Assembly: GCA_951406725.2 (NCBI GenBank)
Contig: OX597815.1
Span: 88,226,001 to 88,290,000, forward strand
Reading direction: 5' to 3'
DNA: 64,000 bases
Origin: Octopus vulgaris
Lineage: Eukaryota
The translations under genes and the position numbers were made by a program. The notes below the pieces were generated by a model that made no database searches, was not told where the DNA came from, and was given only the letters and a program-made list of their open reading frames with translations. Shown here piece by piece: positions 25,833 to 36,500 of this stretch (its first letter is position 1; each line of letters begins with the position of its first letter).

Positions 25833-26911
25833 CATCACTATTTTTATTTTGGTCTTTCACTCAATTCACAAATAACCTAGACAACTCACAGGCACTATCC
25901 AGTTCAGTTTCTCTCATTTCATCATTTCAGAAAATACTTGTATTATTATTTTCTTACAGCCATTTTGAAATTAATTTTATTATTAAACAGTTTGTCAGGA
26001 ATGAAGAACATATACAAGAGGATCTCACGGACATCTCGATTATGGAAATGTTAACATTGTACCGACAGAGATTGTTTGATTGTATAATTTCCTGCCTGTG
26101 ATTTGTTGTATATACAATGTTGTATATAGAAATAAAAGCAGTAAAAACTAATAATGTATTTTGATTTGTTAAATGTTTCTTTTATTTCAATACTTTTACT
26201 TCTTTACTTAACGCTTTCTTGAATTTCAATGAAACAAAAGTATTACTTATTCTAATGCTCTTGTCATGGGATACAATCTATTAGCAAATCTTTTTCTTCT
26301 TTTTTTTGTTATAAGTTTACAACCACTAAGCTAACTGTACAGATAACTGCAGTGTTAAATATGCATGACCTTGACTTTCAATCTAATTATAGCTACACCA
26401 CACCATATCATTTAATCATTGGTTTATATATGCTAGAGTGAATATCTGCTTGGCATACTTGGTGACTTGTTGCAAGTTAAACAATGGATGATTTGAAAGA
26501 CCAATATGTTTGTGTGAAATTCTGTTTCAAACTTTAATGGAAGCTCTTCTAATGTTGCAACAAGCCCATAAGGAGGATTATTTAAGCCTTATTGAATGTC
26601 ATGAATAGTAACTAACATTTCAAATTATAATTAACATCCATCTAAGCCAATTCCTAATGTGGAGGACCTTCCACAACAATGGACAATGATGACATGAAAA
26701 AATGTGCTGTAAAGTTGTTGCCTGCCTGTCTTGGAAGTTTTTGAAGGGGTAGGCATCTTTAAAAGTTCATACTGTCCTATTTTAAAAGAAAAATCGATAA
26801 TAGTGTGGGAGTGTGGTAAGAAATTTACTTCTCAAACACATAGTTCTGGGCTTAGTCCCACCGCACAGCCATGTGAGTGAATTTGGTAGGTGCAAATTGA
26901 AAGAATCCTGT

Positions 26912-26949
<38 letters not shown>

Positions 26950-26952
<3 letters not shown>

Positions 26953-27765
26953 GAAAAATGCATTAAATACTTCAAAATATACATGTAGGACAGACACCAG
27001 AACCCTAATACTTCATCAGTTATCGACTGAAAACTACTAATACCTAGTTTCATGTCTTTAACAATAAAACTAGGAACTTCATATATCAGCAGCACCCACA
27101 AGATTTGAGGAGTATTAGGACTCAAGCAAACAAAATAATACAGGGTGGATGTACAAAAGTAAACAACAGTAATTTGAAACAATAGATGGAGACAATAAAT
27201 AAATATAGCCTTGGGGCCAAACAAGAATGATGGATTAATGCCTGGGAGAAATCCTCAAATGGATATAAAGAAAAGAATTGGGAAGAGAAAAACAAGAACA
27301 GAATTGAGAAGAGAAAAAAGATTGACCAGCATGCTAGGCATTCAGCAGCAAGAAGGCAGAAGATAGAAAAACAGTCAGTGATCACATGTAGGTAGCAGAT
27401 AGAAGGGAAGCAGGGAAGAAAGAGTGGCATAGAGAGAGAGAACAGGGGAAGGAAGGAAGAAAGTCTACAATTAAGTGTAAGAAGACAAAAGAGAAGAAGT
27501 AGAGTTGCTAGAAAAGGAACATTAGGATGAGAGAAAAAGAAGGAAAGAGTCGCAAAAAATGTATACAAACTTACTGTTAACAAAAGTCAGGATGTGTGGC
27601 ATTCAGTTATTCCATAAATTAAAAATGCATTAAATACTACAAAATGTAGACATAAAACAGACACCAGAACCCTAATACTTCATCAGTTATTGACCGAAAA
27701 ATACTAATACCTAGTTTCATGCCTTTAATGATATGACTAGGGACTTCATATATCGGCAGCATGAA
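26950..27765 (-). repeat. pair of about 145-bp direct repeats (26955-27095, 27622-27762) next to (TA)n, pLTR-like
   Basis: AAAATGCATTAAATAC...CAGACACCAGAACCCTAATACTTCATCAGTTA...CTTCATATATC-GCAGCA occurs twice. Confidence 0.7.
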
Positions 27766-27945
27766 ATCAAATATATGTCCGGTCATAGAGTGACCAATGG
27801 TTTCACATCCCTAAAGCGTTTAGCTTTATAGACAACTTGTCAGACTTCAATGGCCAGGGGCATATAGTCTTTCTTCAAACTGGAAGGAAAAAACCATGAC
27901 AGTCAGTTAATTTGTAAACAAATGAATAATATACACTGTCAGAGC

Positions 27946-28509
27946 CTTAAATAGGACAAGTTATTGCCCTAAGACTGGCCCAGTCAGCAAATCTTATGGA
28001 CTTAAAGGGTGAACAGGAAATCTCTACCCTTAAGCTGGTTTTGGTCTGCAAATACTTTTTACAGCCTTTATTGACAAACAGGGAATCCCATGCATGCAAC
28101 AGGTAGTGTTTGAAATGGCAGCAGGGACTATTGTAAAACTTGCATCATCTGTTCCAGTTTATATTGAACCCCAGCTGCTCTATGAACCTCCATTAAGAGC
28201 AGCCGAGGTCCTGTATAAAAGGATGCGAACGATGCAAGCTTTGCAATGCATAGCAGAGTGGGCAAAGATCCTTAAAGACTTGCTGGACCCGAGGTATCTC
28301 TTAAACTCAAGACATGAGATCTATAGCTCCTGCCCCCATTTCAAACACTACCTACTGCAGGCATGGAATTACCCATTTGTTGATGAAGGCTGTAAAAAGT
28401 ATTAATAGACCAGAACCAACCTAAGGGTAGAGATTCCCCATTTGCCCTTTAGTTCCATACGATTTGCTGACTGAACCAGTCTTCGGGGCAATAACCTGTC
28501 CTATTTAAG
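27946..28509. repeat. long imperfect fold-back (inverted repeat)
   Basis: The ends CTTAAATAGGACAAGTTATTGCCC and GGGCAATAACCTGTCCTATTTAAG pair, with nested inner pairing. Confidence 0.8.
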
Positions 28510-28529
28510 TATCCATGTAAATCTAGCAA

Positions 28530-28975
28530 TGAACAAATTTCTCTCTCAGAGTGAAAGGCAAACTGTATGATGCTTGTGTGTGAATGGCAATACTCTATGG
28601 TAGCGAGACATGAGCTCTGAATGCAGAAGACTTGTAGACTGGAGAGAATTGAAGGTAGTATGCACTGTTGGATGTACAATAAAGTGAAAATGTATTGAGA
28701 GAAAAGTTGGGCATAAGAGGAATCAAATGTAGCATGCACAAAAGAAGACTGTTGGTTTGGATATGTGATGCATATGAAGGAGTACAGCTGCATAAAGAAC
28801 TGCCGATCACTGACAGTGGATGGTGCCCGTGGAAGAGGGAGACCCAGGAAGACATGGGATGAAGTGGTAAGGACCAATCTCAGGATGTTGGGCCTCACAG
28901 AGGAAATAACAATGAGCCGAGATGTCTGGTGATATGAGGTTCTTGAAAAGACCCATCCACATCAGCAAAACTGAG
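28530..28975 (+). mobile_element. degenerate RTE LINE 3' fragment
   Basis: Frameshifted remnants of GSETWA...LREKLGIRGI...GRGRPRKTWDEVV...LGLTEE. Confidence 0.8.
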
Positions 28976-29558
28976 TTCAAGAAGTGTTGTGTGTTATATC
29001 CACACATAACAAGAGAACTTCTCACATACTCTACCACAACAAACCAAACTACATCTCTATATAACTTCTCTTCCTCACATTTCCACTTCATGCATTATTC
29101 TTACCTCCCACTCCCCAATCCTGTCTCACTGTATCATTGTTATCCACTAACCCCCAATAAGAAAACTTTTCACACATCCTACCCTGACAAACCAATCTAC
29201 ATCTCTACATTTCTTCTCTTCTTCACGTCACCTTCATGCACTATGCCTACCTCTCCTGACCTCACAGCCCTGTTTCTCTGTATCATTGCTATCCAGTATC
29301 CACCCCAACTCTATAAATACCCAGGTTTTCACCACTCTCTAATCACACTTCTTTGACAATATCCTGCCACTTATATCATAATCTTCAAACCTCAAGTACT
29401 TGCCACCATCTATATCTCTCTGACTTTACTCAACCATTCCATTTATATTCTTATCCCTGTCCCTTGTGAGCCCAACACTTTGCCACCATTTCTATCCTGA
29501 TGTCTCCCACTCTCTCTCTTTCTCCTTCTCCTGCACTTCCCTCAGGTTGAGTAACCAT

Positions 29559-29968
29559 GAGATCTTTACCTTTTGACCAGCAGATTTAAAAAATAACTAA
29601 ACACTTTCAAACTTCGTATACTGGTAGAATGTGTCATATAACCCAAACCCTAACCCTAAAACCTTAAAGCTAAAACCAGTACAAATGCACGAACGATGTC
29701 ATAAATAACAGTGACAAATGAAATATACACCACCGATAGTTGTTATTGACAAACAACAGCAGTAATTTTATTCAGCTGAATACACGTCATTGATTGGCTG
29801 AAATTATTGAAATACAAGAACTTTAACACGAAATAACTTTGTAAACATAAATTTTCTCAAAAATGCTAAGAGTAAAAGATATTTTATATGACACATTCTT
29901 CCAGTATATGAAATTTGAAAATGTTTAGTTACAAAAAATTATTTTCTAAATCTGCTGGTAAAGATCCC
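29559..29968. mobile_element. MITE related to the 32381-32782 family, with TAACCC motifs
   Basis: GAGATCTTTACC...GGTAAAGATCCC termini, the shared AAACTTCGTATACTGGTAGAATGTG block, and long subterminal inverted repeats. Confidence 0.65.
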
Positions 29969-30959
29969 CATAAGTTTCTAATTCAAACTCTTACACATAA
30001 ACTTTCTTTAATTATTTTTAACTGTAAGGTATCATGCCCAATATTTGGGGATGGATTACCCAGCTGTTTGGAGAGTCTCACTCTTTTATTTCCTCATTCC
30101 TATATTTTCTTTTAATTTTAGTTTTTCCCTCCTAGATTTTATAGTTCCTTCACCCTTTAGCAAGTTATTTGTGAAATTTGTTTCTAAATTTGATTTTGAG
30201 GTGTATTAACTTCTTAACCAATATCTTTTCACATGACATCAATCATTTCTGGCTTCATCAAGTATTGACTTTTGTTTTTACAGGAAGTCCGCAAACAGTA
30301 AGAACAAAACAAAAAGGCAATGACCCCCAAAGCAATTCTTCTCCCTAACTCAAACCATTTAGTGGTGATGGTGACAGAGAATAAAACAAATAGCACAAAA
30401 TAACAAACAAGAAAAAAGGAAAAGAGAAAGTAATATACTGACCAAAAAAGAAAAAGGCTGGAAGGCTCACACTGATGGAAGAGACACTTCCCAACAATGA
30501 TGCACCAACACCCATACTCTTAACATCATCATCACCATTAGTCTCTCAAAGCACAGACATAACCAATATCACAAACACCAGCCAATCCCATTCCACACTT
30601 ACACCAAGTACAAGAGCAAAGAAACATCATAAACTTTACTACCATAAATACAAACAATTAATGATGCACATACAACAATACATAGACATTACCTAGAGTG
30701 ATTTCATCACACCAATACACACAAAAAAGAAAAAAAAGGATCCAAATGGCATAAAACATACACAATGCCATCAAAAACAAATATCCTGATGGAATAGGAG
30801 ACTTCAGAGGAAATATCAATAAAAAGTTTATAAAGAAAGACTTGTGGAAACACCCACACCAAACCATAATTGTCTTTCTCACTTCCCTCTTTCTATCAAA
30901 CATAGTCTTTCTCAGAATTGGCTGCATACATACATGTGACCTGGTATTGCCTTGAAGGA

Positions 30960-31830
30960 GGACCACCTGCTTAATGACCTCACATCACTAAACACAGATG
31001 TAGTGGTCATCAGTGAGATCATAATTTCTGATCTATAAGTCCATATGCTGATTTTTGGTAGCTATGAGGATCTACCTGGGATGGTAGGAGGAGTTGCTGT
31101 GTTTTGGAAAGATTTGGATCTCACAATATGGGCCATCTTCTAAGATGCAGAAGATAAATTTGTAAGAGCCTGATTTCTTTAGGCATCTAGAGTGTTTCAC
31201 TGGAATGTTATACTTCCTAGTGTTAGAGGGTGATAAGACTGGTATCTTGGATGCACACTTGGGGTGAATGGGTCTAGCCAATAGAGGATGTGTGCAAAAG
31301 CTTCATAAACCTGCTCAGACATTTCTAGCTTTCTGATAAGTACCAACTGGATGGATTTTCTAAATGTGCCAGCATGGACATAGACAAACCACATCTGGTC
31401 ATCCATATCATATCTAGATACAATATTCTGTAGGCCATTAGATAGGGATGGTATAGGTTGTTCACAATTTAAAATAATCAGCTGCACTGACCACAAATCT
31501 GTTAACTGTGTTGTCAGCCTATATGTTCAGTAAGTAGGGACCAGCTTACTAGTAGCTGAATGCATCACTCCCAGCTTGCCAAGCTTACAGAGAAGCAAAC
31601 TAATTGAGCATTGTATGGTACAATCATCAACAAAAACAGTAACATGACAGTAAAAGTAGAATCAACAAGGTGTAGTATTGAGAAAATAGATTAATGGGCG
31701 ATTTTAGGTATAAACTGAGAAGAGGCACTTAGGAAATGTATCGCAGCTTGAGGAAAAATTGACACTTGACTAATTCTTTAACTCAAAGCACAAAGCAGTG
31801 TTGTCAGAGCTAAGGTACGTGCTCTAAATT
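30960..31830 (+). pseudogene. degenerate L1/Tx1-like LINE APE endonuclease remnant
   Basis: Interrupted remnants of VVVISE, GGVAV, AWT..., SYLD, DHK and GP.Y.LN motifs. Confidence 0.5.
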
Positions 31831-32109
31831 ACAAGGGGGCAAAGAACATCTGGGGTCCGGACAAAATCCCGCTCTGGGCTATGTGAATGAGACGAAGACC
31901 ATGGAGGAATTTTTGAATGGCATAGGGTACAGCATCAGGTTGTAGTAAAACGAACTTTAAATAAACTTCAACATTTAATGACGTTTCCAATATTATGTTT
32001 GTTTAAATTTTTCGAAGATACAGTGTTCTTTTTATTATGTTTATTCTGCTTATTTTTGTGATTGGGATTATTATATAATTAATGTAATATTGTATATCTT
32101 AGAAAAGTG

Positions 32110-32338
32110 GGTACTATTTAAGAAGAGTGGTCCCGGTGCGTGCACTCGCGTAAGCTAGTCGTTCCTTACTTTGTGTTTTATTTTCTTTGTTTAAAAAATT
32201 ATTTACTTTGTGTAAAAAAATTATTTATTTTATGTTTTATTTACTTTGCTAGGTAGTCGTTGTAGGATCGACTAGTCACGACTAGCTAGCGCAAATGCGC
32301 GAGTGCGCGCACCGGGACCACTATTCTTAAATAGTACC
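32110..32338. mobile_element. Merlin-type MITE copy 1
   Basis: About 40-bp TIRs starting GGTAC and a 9-bp TSD AGAAAAGTG. Confidence 0.8.
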
Positions 32339-32380
32339 AGAAAAGTGTTCATAAACTCCAAATAATGATAAAAATTGCTT

Positions 32381-32782
32381 GGGATCTTTTCGGTTTGAAC
32401 GGCAGTTTTTTAAAATAATTTCCACGTAACTAAACACTTTTAAACTTCGTATACTGGTAGAATGTGTTTATAAAACATCTTTTTCTCTTGGCATTATTGA
32501 GAAAATTCTATAGTTTGTAAGATATTTGTTGGTTTTTTTCTTCAATTTATGCAATTTCAACCAATCAATGACGTTTATTGAGGTGAAAACATTCTGTGCC
32601 GTATGGATATGTCCCTCGTTTAAGAAACAGATTGGGTTTATTTACATTTCTGAAGAAAAAAAGATACCCTTCCCTCACCCTAAAACATTGAAATGCAATA
32701 GATCGATACTAGGGTCATAATTATGGGTGACAATTTCATATGACACTGCTAGAAAAACTGTCGTTCAAACCGAAAAGATCCC
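32381..32782. mobile_element. MITE with 6-bp TSD
   Basis: TIR GGGATCTTTTCGGTTTGAACGGCAGTTTTT and its complement; TSD TTGCTT. Confidence 0.85.
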
Positions 32783-33330
32783 TTGCTTGTTTTCTTCTTT
32801 TTTTTTTGTCCAAGTAGGGTTTCGTCTTCAGTTTTTTTTTTTTTGTCCTACACTGAAGCCACCTGATCTATTCAAGCAGCAGAGGTACAGTGACAATAAA
32901 GCAAATAAACTAACTACAATGGGCATGTTACTCAAACCCGAGTACATGTGTACGGCTTTTTGATAGCGCTTCGCTGACCTTTCGAATGGTGTACATTATC
33001 AGAATTTAATGTCAAGAAAAAAAAAAAAATGTCAGCGTGCACCTATACATACCGACACACATCATATATATATATCCACAAGAGGAAATTTGAAATCTTG
33101 AAAAAAATTATTTGATGTGTGTCAGTATGTAATATGCGAGCAACACCCAATTACATGTATATGTATGTGTAAGTGTGTAAACTTACGAAACTAAGAGACG
33201 TTATGGGTAAATAGCTTTATCCGAATTTTGGCGCATCTTTCATTAAATTATGAAAACTGTTCGTTTTTCTCTTATAATGGTGACATAAGTTGTTCCTTAG
33301 GAAGATGTTATGTAACGTGTCGGGTGAATT

Positions 33331-33574
33331 ATGTCAGAAGAAAGCGACAATGACGATCTTTGGAACTTTGCACCGCTACGTCGACTGAAAACGAAGTCGT
33401 TACATTCAAGCGTTAACAATGAAACATATTCTTGTTCTCAAAATAAAGGGAAAACTGCTAATTATTTAGGTCCGAAACTTGAAACATCCAGCTTCGGAAT
33501 TAAAAAAGAAAAGAAAGGTATTGTAAAAATTGAAGCAGAAAGTTTCACGAAGAATGAGTCTTGCAAAGTATCAG
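33331..33574 (+). CDS. DCLRE1A: DCLRE1A exon 1 ([13 protein letters not shown]...)
   Basis: ATG at 33331. The acidic DDLWNF-basic N-terminus resembles the SNM1A start (EEDIWEY...K). Phase-1 donor CAG|GTAAAC joins in frame to exon 2. Confidence 0.8.
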
Positions 33575-36500
33575 GTAAACATCAGTTGTTTAACCCTTTT
33601 TGGATATCTACGAACATTACTATGTGTATTTTTTTTAGGGATACAAGGGCCCTGAAATGTTGACTTAACAATACATGGGCTCAAACTAAAAAAAAAAAAA
33701 AAGAAAAAATTACGAAACGTATTTAGTTTATTGTTTTATAATTATTTTTATCATATATTACAATAAAATGAACAGGTACTACTTAAGGAGAGTGGTCCCG
33801 GTGCGCGCACTCGCGCTAGCTAGTCGATCCTACGACTACCTAGCAAAGTAAATAAAACACAAATAATTTTTTTAAAACAAAGTAAATAATACACAAAGTA
33901 AGGATCGACTAGTCACGACTACCTAGCACGGACACGCGAGTGCGCGCACCGGGACCACTCTTCTTAAGTAATACCAATGAACAAATATAGTGAATTTTGT
34001 AAAAAAAAAACTAGATTAAAAACAATTAAGAATTCACAGAGGATATTGTCGGACCCCTTGTATCGTTAAGTCAATAATTCTGAACCCTTGTATTCCCCTA
34101 CTACCGAATTTGGTTAATGCTGAACTCCCCGTCACCAAAACAACGACAAAAAAGTGTAATAGGTGTAAAAGAGTGTATATCCCAAGCCCCAGGCACGCAG
34201 CCCTCATCCTAATCACCCGAAGGCCAGGCAGATCAGATCACCACAAGACAAAAAACGCAATAGCAAGACTCGCGATACGATACCACCGCCATGGAAGTAT
34301 GTTGACAATAAGCGCAAAACTCCTAGAGGGAGACAGATAACTGATGCAGTGCAGTTGGCAGCCGCTCAACAGCGGACTTTTTTGGAAGATGCGCAGAAAA
34401 TTGTGGAACAGCTGACCTGGCTTCACCAGACACCCGACATGCAAGGTACATACCAATACCTGCGTCCACCTCAAACAACAAAGGAACCGGGGTGGCCACA
34501 CCTGACACCTCCACGCATGCCGGGGAAAGACTTCTGCCCGCCCCCTCCCCATTTTCTTCCAAATTTGTTTAATTTTTTTTTTGCCAAAAATCCCCGTTTT
34601 CCGATACGGAGGTTCCAGAAAATTGCCAAAAATCGGCAGTGTGAAAATTCCCCCCCACCCCCCCAACTTCAATTTTAACTTTTTTCCGCAACACTAACCC
34701 TAAAACCGTAAACGTAACCCTAACCCTAAAATCGTAACACTAACCCTAAAACCGTAACTGTAAATACAGAAATGTTTTGAAATTTTTGTCTGAATCCTGA
34801 TGTCCATATTTTCCGCATATTTAGAAAAGAAAAATTTTAAAAATTTTACAAAGATTTTTGGAAATTTTTTTCAGAATTATAATCTGCGTATTTTTCCACA
34901 TATTTTGAGAAAAAATAATTCTGAAAAAAAGGTAAAAATGAAGGAAATGGGGGTGGTGGTGGTAATTTAGAAATGTTGATTTTTGCCAATTTTTTTGCAG
35001 ATTCGTATTCCCCGGAGCTGAAAAGTGGGGTTTGTATTGAAAAAAAAAAGTTGTAAAAAAGAGTGGTTTTTTGGGGCGGGGACGGGCAGAAGTCTTGCCC
35101 ATGCCAGACCCATAAACACCACTGACGCCCTGCTACTCACGCCAATATTCTCTCTGAACATCAGAGGCCTTATAACACTCCACCAACGTAAAACACAATG
35201 AGAGACCTTGTGACATGTAATCAAACAATATGCGTGTCACTAACAGAAACACAACTAAATGTGGGTGTATCGGTCGCCGCGATACACATACCAGGGTGTG
35301 TCATGCTACAAACCAACAGATGAGAAAGGTCTCATGGAGGAGTGGCAATGTACATCCGAGATGATGTCATGCCCATGGTACTCTTGTCGCACTCCAACAC
35401 TGTATGTGATGCTCTAGTAGTACATATTAAATAGATGAGGTTGGTAATATGTACCACATATTGCCCACCATATGCGCCAGATCATGAGAACTCATTTGAA
35501 GAGTGCCTTCAAAAAATGAGAGATGTTTTGATGAACCTCGACAATGATCTGCACATACTTCTCTTAGGGGATTTCAATCTCCCTCATGTAAAATGGTCAG
35601 AGGGTTGTCCCCTTTCAAGTATGTCACTTCAAAATCAGAAGCAGGCAGAGTCATTGCTTGACTTCACTGACGCACTCTTTATGGAGCAGATGGTGCATTA
35701 CCCCACAAGTGGAAAGAATATCCTGGACCTATGTTTTACAAACAGCTAGGCACTCATACATGACGTGAAAGTGACACCGATGCTTTTTTCGGACCATAAT
35801 TTAATAGAACTAGTGATGTATGGACCACAAAAGACCATGGACATACGAAATACTAGAAATGCTCATCTCATCTCTAGCCTGAATTTTCACAAAGCTGACT
35901 GGAAGGGCATTGAGAAAGAGGTCCTGAAATGTAACTGGTCCATGGCAACCATATATGATATCTGCAGTAAGTTTACCCCCAAAAGAACACCAAATCAATG
36001 AGCGAAGAAAAATATAATACCCAAAGATAAGAGGGTACTAATGAGATGAAGAGCAAAAATCTCAAGCTGTCTAAATGGACAGCTAAAAGATTTCAAATGA
36101 CTCCACCTCGAATGCACCTTGCTTGAGATTGAAAACACACTCAAACACGAAAAGGAAAGGGCAGAAAAGGAAGCCAGGGCTATCAAAAACATTAAAGCAG
36201 ACCCTAAGGCCTTCTATAGATATGTGAAAGAATCTGCTTCAATGCGTTACAAAATAGGACAGCTACTAAATGAAAATGGCTCACCAACTGTGGACCCCAG
36301 AGGATCAGTGAATTACTGAATGTACAATACAAGAGTGCTTTCAACATACCGCTGGGGAAGCTACAAGTGACTGTGCTAGATAGGTTCTTTGACTCCAAAG
36401 ACACGCATTGTGAAATGGCAACTATTGATAACATCAACATAGAGGAAACTGATGTGATATCAGCCATTGAAGATCTGAGTTCGAACTCGGCTACGGGCCC

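Noticed and set aside
31710-31750. CTGAAGA...GAAA hammerhead-like words
   Set aside because: No stem I or II pairing, and it lies in a LINE remnant.
34695-34760. TAACCC repeats as a true telomere or telomerase RNA template
   Set aside because: They are imperfect, short and internal to a TIR-bounded MITE.
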